Origin: Vicugna vicugna
Taxonomy: Eukaryota
DNA: 64,000 nt
Direction of reading: 5' to 3'
Assembly (NCBI GenBank): GCA_013265495.1
Contig: MU058065.1
Location: 6,944,302 to 7,008,301 of the forward strand
Positions 26,461-39,900 of this stretch are shown here, piece by piece; within the stretch, counting starts at the first letter, position 1, and the number at the start of each line of letters is the position of its first letter. Position numbers and translations under genes: made by a program. The notes below the pieces were generated by a model, which saw nothing but the letters and a program-made list of their open reading frames with translations, was not told the origin of the DNA and ran no database searches.

Positions 26461-27779
26461 CTAGCAACTCCCCTGGCTGGAGAGCCTCATCTTAAGTGTG
26501 TTACAGGACCTGGAGGCTGGCAGGGGCTGGGGTGGCCAGTGGGTGAGGCTTGAGAAGAGGCTCCTGAGACAAGAGGGACGACTACGGTACAGGGAAGGGG
26601 GCAGCTGGAGCTTGAGGGGCAGACTGATAGGGTCAATGGTCCAAGTGGATCCTGGCCCAGGAGGATTTGGGGGAAGGGTCGGGGCTGGGGTTCTGGGAGC
26701 AGTGCCCCGAGCCGGCCCTCTGGGACTCCCTTGGGTCTTGTCTGCCTGGGTTCTGAGTCACAGACTGTGCTGAGTTTGGGAAAAGAGCCGGGCCCCATCC
26801 CTGCCCCCCAACTGGCTCCCCAGCTGCTGAGGGGACTCTGAGCTGGGGCATGGCCCCCGCCCCTCATCTCGAGGTGTCCCTGGGAACAGGCCCCTTCTTG
26901 CCTCCAGGAACTTGATGTACTTCCTTTCCCGGCCCCGAGCAGAACTCTATATAAGGGAAGGAAACAGCCAAGCAGGCCGGGAGCGAGCTCTGGTGAGGAT
27001 AGGAGGCCCGGAGGAGGGGCACAGGCCTGGGAAGGAAATGGAGTCAGGGCAGTGGCCCCCTCTTCCCTGGGACCCCCCTGCCCAGGGCTGGAAGCTCAGT
27101 CTGGGAGGCCGGTGCCTTCTGGCCGTGCTTGGGGCTCTGCCTCTTTCGCCACAGTTATTCTGCTTGCTCTGTCTACACACCCCCACCCACATCTCCCACA
27201 GCCCTTTCATGGCTGCCTGACTGGGAGTGCCCTCAGGTCCTGAAGGGGCGCACACTCACCCCGACCTGGCTTCCAAGCCAAGCCCTGGTCCACTTGGCCG
27301 GGCCTCTAGCCTGCCCTTGCTGGCTGGCTGGGCCTCCTGGGGCCTTCTTGGTAAAGCCCAGTAGACTTGTGAGGTGAACTCTGAGGTTCTGGGCTGTCCA
27401 CAGATGAGGGGTCATCTGGCCACGTCCTCGGTCATGGGCATGCCTGCTGGATCCCTCTAGCATCCATCTGCATTATTCTTGACCCCTCTGGTGTCACTTC
27501 AGTGACCAGGCCTCAGAGGATGGCTGCGTTCTGGCCACAGGTTCCTCGGGCGGGACCCGGCGGGTGAGCAGCAGGCAGAGCTGTGGGCAGGATCCCGGCT
27601 TTGTGAAGGGCAGGAAGGGAAGTGGGGGGCCGCCTGCCCCCAGAGTGGGGGAGTGGTGCCCTGTCATGCTCTGGTGGGGAAAGAGTAGAGGCTGGAGGGG
27701 CATCTGTCCAGACGAGGTGGGGATGAGTGTCTCTAGGTTTTAGGGTGCCTGATGACCCCTCGTCTCTAGGCTTCCAGGC

Positions 27780-28270
27780 TCCTCTCCAACCCCTTTCTCC
27801 TTCCCCCCATTATTATTGGTGTTACTGCACATCTCCTGCTTGCCTTAAGCTCCCCATCCTTCACCTCCCCCTGGTCCCTCTCCTACTCAGGCACCTTCAG
27901 TGGCTCCCCAGGGCTGAAAGTCTTAACTCCTCTGCTGGACATTGAGAGTGGCCCAAGGTCCAGCCTGGAAAGAGAGTTTGTAGCCAGTCCGCTTCTATCA
28001 CCTCCTTTGATCTGCCCTTCAGTACTGTTTCTTCCCTCCTGCCCCCCATCCCGTGTCCCAGCCAATGGGGCTTCTTTTAACATATGAAGCATTTGCACCT
28101 CTATGCCTTGTTCCTGTGGTTATTTCCACCTGAAATGCCCTTTCCCCATCTCCATCTTCAAAAACCTTATCCAAGTACCTCGTGAGCTCCAAGCTCTGAG
28201 CAAAGCACCAGAGCTTCTCGATGAAAATGGTGCGTGTGCTTCCTGCCCCTGTGAGGCTTCCAGGGGAAGT
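27780..28270 (+). mobile_element. L2 LINE fragment
   Basis: CCTTCAGTGGCTCCCCA..AAAGTCTTAACTCCT and TTCCACCTGAAATGCCCTTTCCCC motifs. Confidence 0.5.
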
Positions 28271-30039
28271 GGGTGAGACACACAATAGAACAGTGAAAGC
28301 CTGGCTGGGGTGTCCCCTCCTCCGAGGAGTCTGCCTGGGATCCCTGAGCTCTCTCTGCGCTCTCACAGCCCTGGCACCTCGACCACGGTGCAGCCTCATC
28401 CAGCTGTGGAGGCAGTGGGGGCATGCTGGAAGAGGCAGATACTGAAGGCAGGCTAGCCTGGTGGTGGTCCTGCACTGTCACTTGGTAGGTGTGCCGTCTC
28501 GGATCTCACAGGATTGTTGAGGGGTCTGCCTGAGATCCTGTAAGATGAGGATGCTAGTAAACTACCTCAAGGGGGTCATAAGGAGTGAAGGGATAATATA
28601 GACCAGGGCTTAGAACAGTGCCTGGCACCCAGTGAGTGTGCAGAAAATTTTAGCAACTACCACTTCTGCTTCTGCCAACACTATTACTTTTAGCTGTTTG
28701 ACTTCTGGGAGATGGCATTGAAGCCAAAGTCAGAAGGATGAGAGGGCTAGCTATGCAGACAACTGGGCCAAGAACATCCTGGGCAGAGGGAACAGCATAT
28801 GCGGAGGCCCTGAGGAAGAGCAGAGCTCAATCCCAGGGACTGAGAGGAGCCACCTTGTGGGTGGCTTTGGGTCCCTGACAAGGGGGAATGAGCACAGAAT
28901 GATGGTAGGGGAAGACGGCAGGAACCAGGTTGTACAGGGAGCTCTCGGCTTGGGCTGGCTGCTGTCGGGTGCTTTAGACCCTCATGTCCTGGTAGTCTCC
29001 AAGGCTGTGCCCTGTTGTTGGCATTGTGCCCAAGGACCTTTGAAGTTCAGAAAATACTTGTGGGTGGAGGGCTGATGAATGTCAGGCATTGACCCTGATT
29101 GAGCCTGGTAACACTCACATCCCGCCTGCATCCCTGGCTCTCTACCTCGCAGACTCCGGAGATAAGCCGTTCTGCTGCATTGGCCTTGGGCAAGTCATTA
29201 CCCTTTTTGTGACTTGGTTTCTTCATCTGTGAAATGGGTTTTATAACAGTATAGCCCATATATTTTTTTTATTAGGATCAAATGAATCCAAGAAAAGGAC
29301 TTAGGACAGCAACAGACATATCAGCACATCCTGCGGGCTTTTTGTGCTCTGTGGAAATTGGTGTTCATTGGAGAATCAGCACAGCAGAGAGGGCAGGAGC
29401 ACGCCTCTGTCTGGAGCCAGACTGCTGGGTTTGCATCCTGCCTCCTCTGCTGGACAGTTGATTAACCTCTGTGCCTCTGCCTTCTTATCCACAGAACAGG
29501 ACACTCAGGGTTGTTGTGAGAATGAAGTGAGTTAATTTACTCCAAGTACAAAGCACAGGGCCTGGCATGTAACAAGTGTGATGGAAGTTATTTGCTGCTG
29601 CTGCTGCTGCTTTTATAGTTGGCATATTTTTCAAAGAGGAAAGGCTGAGCCTCGGGTCCACCAGCACCCCTGTGTGCAGATGGGTTGTGGAGGTAGACCC
29701 AGGGGGAGGAGGCTTACCTGAGGCCGACTTCCTGGGCCTGAATTCTGGAATCTTGTGCTGTCAGCCCTGGGGAGGTGAACGGTTGGCAGGGTTGGTACTG
29801 AGAGTCCCCACAGACACTCCAGAGGCCACCTCATCTGCAGAGGGAGGGTTCCTAGCTGGGGTCCCCAGGGGGCAGGGGGAGTGGTCACTGCCAACAGTAG
29901 GAGTCCGGGGCCACAGGGCATGGGCCTGAGTGGCAGGGGGCCCTGGCTCTCCCTGGCACATTCCAGGCTCCTGAGAGGGTGGCCAGGGGCCAGGGTGCCG
30001 GAGGGAAGGAGAGAGCCTTTTAAGGAAACATTTCTCTGC

Positions 30040-30044
<5 letters not shown>

Positions 30045-30088
<44 letters not shown>
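30045..30088. repeat. (AG)22 microsatellite
   Basis: Perfect dinucleotide run read directly. Confidence 0.97.
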
Positions 30089-30091
<3 letters not shown>

Positions 30092-30193
30092 AGAAACATT
30101 GAAACACACAACAAAGTTAGTGGGCTGGCTGTCCGGCTGGCCCTGGAATGCACAGCTGTGGGCGGCGGGTAGGGGAGGCCCACTGGGGGCAGC

Positions 30194-30212
30194 AGGCCAC
30201 GAGGGGGCACCA
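30194..30212 (+). promoter_or_regulatory. CTCF binding motif
   Basis: AGGCCACGAGGGGGCACCA fits the CCASNAGRKGGCRS core. Confidence 0.5.
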
Positions 30213-32325
30213 GGCATCAGGCCTTTGGACTGGGGGTCCACAGCTGCCCCTCAGATCTAGGGGCTGTCTCTGCCTCAGGGGGGACAGGGAAGGGGACCTG
30301 GGGTCGGGATACCTGGGGCCCCATTTTTTCCACTTTCTTAAGGTGGTGCTGGGGGAGAGACACTTGTCTATTCTGACTCTGCCTCAAAATGTGTCTGCAA
30401 CCCCCTCCCTCACTTCCCCAGCCTCCTGTCCCAAATGGAGACTAGAAACTCACTCTGATATATTGCAGGGGAAGCCAATGGCGGTGGATGGGACTTGGCT
30501 GCGGCTGGGAGGCTCAGGCAGTAGCCAGTGGCATCCCCATCTTTTGCAGCTGATCCCCTATTTAGGTTCCCAGCTCTGTTCCCTCTCTAGCTCAGAAGGA
30601 AGGAACAGAGCAGGGTTCTGTCCTGTAGATTGCACCTGCTCCTACCCAGGGCCTGAAAACCCGTGGGTGATAGAGGGAACAGGGGATACTGGGGGCCTGG
30701 CCCCATGAGGTTGAAACCTATAAGCCCCAGAATGGGATTTGGGGCTGGGGGCTACAAGAGGCAAGGAGAAGGCCACTGCTAGTGTGCACCCTACACTTCA
30801 ACAGGAGGTATAATAGTACTACCTTACTGGGTTGTTGAAAGGATCACAGGAGTTAATGTGGGTAAGGCATTGGTAATAATGTCTGTCATGTAGTACACAT
30901 TCAGTATGTGTTATATGTTGAAGATATTGTTCCCGTTTTTTTGGCCTCATATGTTACTCTCCCAAGTCCTGGAGTAATGTGACTTCAAGCAGTCCTCTGC
31001 TTGAAATGAGTTGGGTTAGGAGCCTGCCATGTGACTGGGTCAAGAGCCCACGGATGCTAACTCCTAGCCTGTCCACCCTTTCCAGGGCTCAGGCCACATC
31101 GTCCTGCAGGCATGGTCCCCTTCTGGGCTGCTGTGTCAAGCCAAGGGAGCCTTTGGGCTGGCTGGACGACAGAACGGGGTGGGTGGCGGGAGGACCAGGC
31201 TGAAGGTGAGGTCTTTGTGAAGAGCTGGGGCTCTTCCGGCTGGGGCTATAGGCTGTCACTGTCACTGCTCCACTGGGGTGGTGGCTGGGATGGGAGGCCG
31301 GCTTGCTCACTGTTCCAGGAGGGGGCCATCCCCTCTTTGGCCATCCACGGCTTATGTCCAGACACCCTCAGGCCCGGGGGGAGAGCTTCCCCCTCCGTCC
31401 CCTCTGTAGGCCTCCTGCCTGGTGTTCGGGTCGGGAATTGGAGCCAAGGTTGAGGTATGAGCTCCAAGAAAAACGTGTCCCAGCTAGAAAAAAGGAGCAC
31501 ACTGAGTCTCTGATAAAGGCCCCTGCTAATTGTCAGGGTAGTGGTTTGGCTGCCCGGCCCCCAGAGAGGGAGTGTTATCTCAGGATATGAGCAATCCAGC
31601 CCCCTCCCTGCCCTCTCCCTCTGTCTTGAGGCCACATCACCACCCACCTCCCCGCATCAGAGATGAAGATGAGGATGATGACTAAAGTTATAGGTCACAC
31701 ACCGAGGGTGCTTTCACCCTTCAAGGCCTTCCTCATCAATTAGCCAAGTGGCCAGCTCCCTCTGGAAGAATCAGCGGGGTCCTCCACCAGCCTGTGCCCG
31801 CACGCTTTGAGAAACTTTGCCAGCTGTTTGCAGCTCTGACCTTTGGGTGAGCTATCTTGGCACTGGGAAGAATGAAGAAGGTGACTCTTTCTTTTCTAGA
31901 AAAATGGTTTTAAACATTTAAAAACATTTAAACATGGTTTTAAAAAATTTAAAACAAATCTTTCCATATTATAGAAAATTTAGAACATGGAACCAAGGAA
32001 AAAGAATCTTTATTCTTATTACCTTAACCCTGGTGCTTTGACCTCCAGTCATTCGGCATATTTTTTACAGAATTTAAAAACTGTGACATCCTTTCATTTT
32101 TGCCTTCTGCTCCTCCCCCTCCCACCTGAGCATTATTGCCTAAGCGTTTTTCCATGTTGCTACATGGTCTTCCATCAAATTCTCCCACTGGAGAGTGTCA
32201 GTGTTTGTGAGTTGAAGGAAGGGGTGTCTAGTGTGGGATGGGGAGAGTGGAATGATCTCAGGAGGCCCTGGTTTTCTATGGGGATGAAAGATGCTAACCT
32301 TACCCCTTCTTTCTTCCTCCCACAG

Positions 32326-32367
32326 GTGGCTGCCCCCTGTATTCCTCCATCCAGCCATGAACTGGTG
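32326..32367 (+). CDS. TNS1: Tensin-1 exon, 42 nt, VAAPCIPPSSHELV (end of C1 domain in long isoform; UTR in short isoform)
   Basis: Pyrimidine tract plus CACAG acceptor; GTG|GTGAGT donor; phase 0-0; matches recalled human VAAPCVPPSNHELV. Confidence 0.9.
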
Positions 32368-34254
32368 GTGAGTGACAGTCCATCCCCTGCCCTGCCAGCC
32401 CCACCTCCCCTCTTTCCTCAGCTCCCTGCTGCAGCTAACTTTAGGCCCAAGCATGCTGAGTAGCCCCCACGGGTGCTGATCTGTTAGGTAAGGAGGAGGA
32501 AGGGGCCACGTCCCAAGGCCGAAGCTGGATTGGGAGGATATGAGTCATGAGGTCCCTTCTGATGAGATGTGAGGCCTTCTATTTCAATCTTGAGACTTAC
32601 GTCCTTGGAAAAACCCATAAAAGGGCATCTTGCCTGTCTCTAGGCCTGGCCAGGTGCCTGTTGTCCTGGGGCTTGCGGGACCTGGGGATGGCATCTCCTT
32701 CTTCCCTGGTCCCCTGTTAGGTACCCTTCGGCCGGAGGCGGCGGGGATGGATGGCATGACCCACAGAATCCATGTACCCGGGCCGTTGCTCACATTTATT
32801 CGGGTGGCCTGTTCCACCTCCAGGCTCCTTGGCTGACTCTGCTTTTTCGTTCTCTCTCCACGTCCCCCTTCTCCTCCCTTCCCTAGTCAGGCTTCCAGAA
32901 AAGCATAGGGCAAGACTTCTGTGAGTTATGGGCTGTCGAGAGGGGCCTGCTGCAGACTGATCCCAGCTGGGCTGATTTGGAATGTTGGGAGCTTTCCCTC
33001 TCTGCCCTCTCGCTTCCTTCTCACCCTTCAGAGATCCCTCCTGCTCCCCAGCCCAGCCCTGGAGGCTGCGGAGGAGGGGCCTGCCTGTGTGCAGGTGCGT
33101 GCTGCTGCCTGTGCCTGTGCTCAGGGGTGTGTCACGGAGGACCCCTGCGGGCACGATCTGATCGCCGGTGGCTGGTGCGGAGGTGCCTGTGGTGACACTG
33201 ATGTGGGTGGGAGTCTGGGGGAGGTGGCAGAGGTGCCTCTGGGCCCAGGTGGTTTCGGGTGTCTGCATCCCTGTGCGGTAACTTGCCCAGCCTGGATACT
33301 GGAATCTCACTCAGGTCACCTGGCCTTCTCTCCTCTAACACCTGTTTGCCATGTGACAATGCGCAGGTCCCGCCCTCTTTCTGGACCTCAGTTTCCCTTT
33401 CTGTCGAAGAGAGGGGTTGCACTAGATACTCCAAAGGCTTTCTCAGTGCTGATAAGTATTCCCTCGATTCAGGGTCCTTGATGGAATGAAATAAAGTATG
33501 CAAGAAAAGATTATGCAAGAGTGCTTGTGACTCTTAGCTGTCTCGAGGACCCAGAGCAGTGTCACTGCCCTCTGCCCTCCTGGCCCAAGCCCTGCCCAGC
33601 TATTTCCCTTCCTTGCTGTAGCCCCTCTTCCTGGTCTCACTGGGCTCAAACCCTTCTGGGCCTCAGCTCTCCCTGGCTGTGCCACTCCAGATGTGGTGTG
33701 TTATTCGCACAGAGCCCAGCCGAAGGTCGTCTGACAAGAGTAGGGGATGGGCGTGGGATGCTGTGGGAATGAGGCCAGCCTGGTTTGGAACTGCCAGGGA
33801 GAAATCTCTCTGGGACTGTGGAGGGATACCATGGGGAGGAGGGTAGGGAGGAGTGGGGATGGGTGAGGCTATGTCTCATCATTTCAACCCAGCTGCCACT
33901 TCGCTGCTGAGAACAGAATGTCCTTGGCTGGTTTGGGATGGTTAGGGGGCTCCGGGGTTTAAGGCTGTCCAGGCAGAAGCCAGATGCATGACCTCTGGGA
34001 GTCTCGTGAGCTTGTTTATGTGAGAAGGGGTCAGAGGTTGAGACAAAAGGGAATAGGTTGGCATTCCAGCTGGAGGCCATGTAGTTAGATACCAGAAGAG
34101 ACTCCTGCCTGAGCGAGGTTGTGGAATCTTCCCTTCTTTGTGATATGCCCTACCTGGATGGGGGAGCTCTGACCTTTAGGGAGGTTGGATCAGCCATTGG
34201 ATGGTGGAGTTTCCCCACCTGAGTCAGAACCTGTCCCCCACCCCTCTTCTAGAA

Positions 34255-34622
34255 GCTCCTTCCTTTACTCACTCTGCTGCAGCTACCTGGCCTTCTTGTT
34301 GGTCCTTGAACATATGAGGCATGATGCTGCCTCAGGGCCTTTGCACTTGCAAAGCTTTTCGCATGGATACCTGTCAGGCTCTTGCCCCCCTCCAGGGTCT
34401 TTACTGAAGTGTCAGATTTCCCTTCCCCCAACAACCCTTCTCGGGCTTTTTTTGCCCCTTAACATGTATCACCATCATACTTGCTTATCTTGTTTAAAAG
34501 GCTCCCCCACACCAGCATGTGAACTCTATGATACAAGAGGTTTTTTTTATCCTTTGTGTTCATTGCTGTATCCCCACTGTCTGGCACACAGTTGGTGCTC
34601 AATTCACGTTATTGAGTGGCTG
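34255..34622 (+). mobile_element. L2 LINE 3' end
   Basis: TGCCTCAGGGCCTTTGCACTTGC and TTGTGTTCATTGCTGTATCCCCA..CTGGCACACAGTTGGTGCTCAAT. Confidence 0.8.
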
Positions 34623-36484
34623 GAAGAGGCCCTTCAGCTGGATGCCTGGCACAGGTTAGGTGCTCAATAGACAGGACTGTTTTTGCTCTTAGTCCCTGCT
34701 GGTGGGCGGTGGGGGATGTGATGGGGGCCCGCCTCCAGCTGGAAACTCTGCTGCCTTCCCTGGGGAGGGAAAGGGGCCCAGGGGAAGCTGGGAGAAAGTT
34801 TGGCTTCCCCCAGAGAGCGCTGAGCACCTGTTTCCTCACGGCAGGCAGGCAGGCCAGTGCTTTGAGCAGGTTCACAAGAGGGAGGAAAGGGCGGGTTGTA
34901 TTTTTCCTTCCTTTTGCCTTCGCTGCCTGCCCTTCAGCCTCTGCAGCGCTGGTCTCTGGCCTCCCCGCCCCCTCCCTCTTGCCTCACACTGTGTGTCTGC
35001 CTGCTTGTCCTGTGTTCTCCACGCCTCCAGCTCTCCCTCTCACCCATCTTGCTTCAATCCTACCCCCCTAGGATCGGACCGCTCATCCCTGGGCACGGGA
35101 TTTCTGCCAGCCTCTGGGCCCTGCCGGCCAAACACATCTTCCGGCCTGTGCCAGGCCAGCCAGGGCACAGTGGCTTAATCTTCAACCAGTTTTTGTCTTA
35201 CTCGACAGATGTTGCCCAAGCCCTTGGGTAGAAGGGTCACCTGCCTCCTGTGGGGTCCACGGGTTGGGGCAGGACGGAAAGGGGAGGGGGCATGTTTGCC
35301 ATGGACGGTCCTGAAGCAGCTTTTCTTAACATCTCAAAAATAAGAGTCAAAAGGAATTTCCAGAGGGTGATGGCCAGAAGTGGCCAGGCCACCAAGGTTG
35401 GTCAGATGTGAGCCCTCCTGCACGCGTGGTCTGGCACCAGGAGACCTGGGCTAGGGGAGAATGTGTGGGCGCTGCTTCTCCTCCGCAGGCCAGCCCCGTG
35501 GTGCTTGAAACGTCCTATGGAGTGAATCCCATCGAATCTCAGGTCGGGGTGGAGAGTGCAGCGGGGAGGTGAATGGGGAAATGGGAATGCCAGGTTGATT
35601 TCCTCTATAGTAGTAATCAGAGCAACAGTGAGAAGTTAATTCTTGTCTAGAACTTTCTCTTTGCAGACCTCTGTTCTGAATGCTTTACAAAAAAAGTAAA
35701 CTCATTTATTCTTCAAGACAAGGCAATGCGTGTGGGGGTGTCTCAGACGGGGAACACAGATGAGGCTTAAGGCCACAGAGTTATTCAAATGGGGAGCTGG
35801 GATTTCAACTCAGTGGCTGGGCGCCGGGGTCCACACTCACGACCGTGATCATGACAGGCGTGACTGGCTTGCACAGCAGCTGTGGTCTTCTGAGCCTGTC
35901 CCCTGACCCTGGGCCACTCAAGCCCACAGTGACTTCGGCGGAGATCTAAACCCATCCTTAGGGAGAGGAGCAAACTGGAGCTCAGAAAGGCCAGGTGACT
36001 GGTTTGCAGTCACACACAGTGGCTGGGGCTGGGGCAGGAGTGGGGTTTGTATTCCTGAATCTGCTTTCTCCCCAGTACCCTTGGTGCTTGCTGCTGATGT
36101 GAATACCTGATGTTGCCAGGCAGACTTCCCCCGCATTTCTTATTCTAAACAGTACCAGCCGTGAGTCCATCTAGCTAGCTTCTCTGTTTGCCTGGGGGCC
36201 TGGGATTTTGGGGAGGGTCTATCCATCTATCTCTCTGCCACCCATCCCACCAACAAACGTTTCCTGAGTGCCTACCTTGTGCCAGGCACTGTTTTCAGGC
36301 TGGAGCTGCAGGGTTCTTTTCTGCCAAGTACCGGGGCTTCTGGAAGGCAGGTGAGGATGCAGTGGGCATGGAACCACAGGACTGAGAGGATTAGATGCTA
36401 TCTAGTCAAATCCTGCTCTTTCTCAGGTGAGGAAACTAAGGCCTTGAGATTCTTTTCTACTCTAATCCATTTTTAAAATTGTGG

Positions 36485-36962
36485 TTTGTTTCACTTAGCA
36501 TAAGGATGCTCAAGGATGAAACCTCAATATTCACTCATGTTGTAGCTTGTGTCAGAATGTCCTTCCTTTTTAAGGCTGCATAATATTCCATTGTGTATAT
36601 ATGCCACATTTCACTTATTCATTCACCTGTCGGTGGACACTTGGGTTATTTCCACATGTTAGTTACTGTGAATAATGCTGCTATGATCATAGGTGTATAA
36701 ATAACTCTCCAAGTCCCTGCTTTCGGTTCTTTTGGGTATGTACCCAGACGTGGAACTGCTGGACTATATAGTAATTCTGTTTTTGATATTTTTTTTTGGA
36801 GGAATCACCATACTGTTTTCCATAGTGGTCGTACCACTTTATATACCCACCAGTAGTGCACAAAGGTTCTAATTTCTCCACATCCTCCCTCATACTGTTT
36901 TATTTTATGTTTTTCTTTAATTTAATTTTTAGTAGTAGCCATTCTAATGGACATGAGGTGGT
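36485..36962 (-). mobile_element. LINE-1 (L1MB-like) ORF2 C-terminal/3' fragment
   Basis: TTCCTTTTTAAGGCTG.ATAATATTCCATTG and GTGAATAATGCTGCTATGA; minus-strand peptide EDVEKLEPLCTTGGYIKWYDHYGKQYG resembles the L1 ORF2 C-terminus. Confidence 0.88.
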
Positions 36963-39900
36963 GGCCCTGAGATTTTCAAATGACTTTCTCAAGGTGCACC
37001 TGTATCAGATCTGGGGTGAGGAGGTTGGCAGGGAAGCACCTAGAGCCCTTTAGCCCCCGTGCTGCCGTCTTGCTGTCCATCAGGGAGAGTGGCCAGCATT
37101 TGCTTTAGTTCATTTGAACTCCCTGCCCTTATGCGTTTCATCCAAGGGCACTGAGCCCCTGGGTAGCCATCTTTGGGAGATTCTGGAAAATGGAGCAATG
37201 TCAGGAGAGATGAGCCCAAGAGAGACTTGACTCTCAAAGGAGAAGGCAAACTCTGAGCACTGCATTCCAAATAGGATTCCCAGAGTGATGAGGGAAGCTG
37301 GAAACCCCAATTTGTGCGCCTCCTAGGCTGCTTAGTTCGGAGAGGGAGAGTAAAGGCAGGCTCAGAATGGGAGTGAGTGTGTTGAAGGACACCCTGGCTT
37401 ACTTTGTGTGGCTCTCCAAAGTCGAACCTTGTAGGTGGAGGTTCTCATAAAGAGGAGGAGACATGGATGTAAAGAAGAATTTTCTAACACCTACAATGGC
37501 CCATCGGGGCTGTCTGTCGCTGGAACACATCATACTCACTGATGCCTATTAGGATGCAGATGGGAGGTCCCCTCTCTGGGAGGTGCTTGGGTGGAGTCCT
37601 CAGGGCCCTCTTAGGCCCTGCCCTTAGGCGGGGCTGTGGAGGGATATGGTTGCATGAATGTGCTGACCACCTCTCCTTTGATCCCCACTGGGAGAAGCTC
37701 CAGTTGGGTGAAGGGGGATCCTGTGGGGACCCTGTTCAGTGGGGAAGAGAGAGAGAACTCTATTGTGGAAATGAATTAGTGCCCGACTCGGGGGTTCTGC
37801 CCAGAGGCAGCCTTGGGGTCCAGGGAAGGCAGCAATCCATCTGTGCTACGCTGGTTGAGGCGTCTGCCTCCTCTTCCAAGTCCAGTTTAAGACCTGAGCA
37901 AATGGAAGAGAGGAGGGAAGGAAAGAGGGCCTTCCCGAAGGTGGCAGAGCTAAAACAGAGATGGGGTAGAGCCTTGGACAAATTATCAAGTCTGATGGGG
38001 CCAGAGCAAATCCAGAGCCCTTGCTAGGGGAAAGAGGGTGCCAGGAAATCTTGTTCACCTTGGTGGCCGTGGCTGAGTGCTGGTGAGAATAGACAGAGAG
38101 TGGGAATGGAGGCAGGAGGCAGCGTGGCACAGTGGTGGGCAGTGAGGAGATGGGAGCAGAGCCTGCCAGTAGAGGAGGGGAGAGGGCAATGGAGTCCACT
38201 CGAGGAAAGAGGGGCCAGATAAGGGAGGAATCCAGAAGCCGGGTTGGGGAACTTGAACTCAATGAACCACGTGTTAAGGGCCATTGTGGGTCCTTGAGTG
38301 GGAAAGTGACCCAAAGTGGGGTTTGAGAGCGGGAGTCTGCTGCCAGCTGTGGGGTGTGGCTTGGTGGTGAGAGGTTTGCCAGGAGAAGGGCCAGGGGGAC
38401 CAGATGAGGCTGGTGCAGGTGCTCAGTGTTGGGTGGAGTATTTGGGCAAGGGCAGACAGAGGGGCGTGGAGGAAGGGTCCAGGAAGCACAGAATCCCAGG
38501 GCCCTGGCTGAGGGGTGGAACAGTGTTCGTGGGGAGTGTGGCAGGAGGGGGCGAGAAATATTCCAGCCTGGCTCAAGGCCAGCCTGGTGGGCGTGTGTGT
38601 GCAGGACAGGGTGGGGGGGTGGGGGTCCAAAGTTACCCAACTTCAGCAGCCGGGAGTTGGGTGCTGAGTCCCTTGGGGTGGTTTGAGTGGGGAGCTGAAG
38701 ACAGGAGTGGGCTTGCCCAGGCCTCTCCCTGGGGGTGCAGGGAAAATCAGGCATCACATTCCATTTAATCACATCCAGCCTGTTTTTTCACTCTGGTGGC
38801 TTCAGCCTGCCCGGGAGAGAATGTGGCCCCTGGAGCAACATCATCCAAACATTCATGGGGCGCAGGCTGCTGCTGCCCTCCCTCCAGCCCCTTGCCCTCC
38901 GTGGTGATGCTCCCACCTCTGGGATGTGGGAAATCACATGGAGTGAGGAGTGAACATGGACTTTGAGGTGTAGATCTGAGCTAGTATGGAGCTGGCTAAT
39001 CTCCCTGGAAAATGTTTCTTCATTTGCCAAGAGGGATTCAAAGTGCCCCTCTGCTACCCTTGCTGCACGTGTTTTTGTTATTACCACGTTGCTGGTCCCC
39101 CGACCCCCGCTGGCTGTGGGGTTGGTCTGTGATGTGCCTGCTGGCCATGCTCCCTCTAAGTGCCCCATAAATGGAGCTTCCCTGCCCTTCCCTGCCCTTC
39201 CTTGTTGCTTTCAGTCCTCTCTCTTCATCTGTTTAGGGCTCTATTTTGGGAACAAGTGAGCCTGGAATAACGTGCTCTGGATCCTGGGACAGAGGACATC
39301 CCAGCCCCCACCGGCCCCACCACCAGTGCCCTTCCCCTTCTGATAGGCAGTGCTGCCCTGACCTCACAGTTCAAGTCCCTCATGGCAGTTGCTGTGATGT
39401 CATGGGGTCTTTTTTGGCCTGAAAACTGCCTGGATTCCAGGCCTCCCAGGGGGCAAGAGTAGGGAGAGCTGGAGAGGTGGAAGTGGGGAGGGTGTGAGGA
39501 ATTTCTGGACGGAATGTTCCTCCGGAGGCTGAGTCCGCATTCTGCGCTGGCCCCCCTCCCCCTAGTCCAGGGCTTGGGCACCTCCCCCCACCCGCTATGG
39601 CCCTCTGCCTTTTCCTTCCTCCAAAACAGCAGCCCACAGATAGATTTTTTTCCCCCAGCCCACCCTCTCTGCAGGCTACCAACGTGTCCCACCGTGTGAA
39701 CCTCCAGCTCTCATCCCAGCCACCCCAACCTCCATAGGACAGCCCCTCCTCGGGCCCACATCATTGGGGGTGGGTATGCATGGAGAGGGCAGGCGTATCT
39801 TTTTTTGGAAAAAAAAAATCGAGGAAAGGATGTGCAGCTTCCCTTATCCACCCTGTGGTTCACAACCCCTCACATTCAGGAAGCTCTCTCTGGTGTCCGA

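Noticed and set aside
1..32325. Upstream C1-domain exons of long TNS1
   Set aside because: I found no segment encoding the His/Cys zinc-finger exons; they presumably lie 5' of the window.
36687..36893. ORF with protein-like sequence
   Set aside because: Decayed L1 ORF2 fragment, not a host gene.
37846..38772. 308-aa minus-strand ORF
   Set aside because: Pro/Ser/Leu-rich translation of GC-rich intron with no recognisable domain or gene structure.
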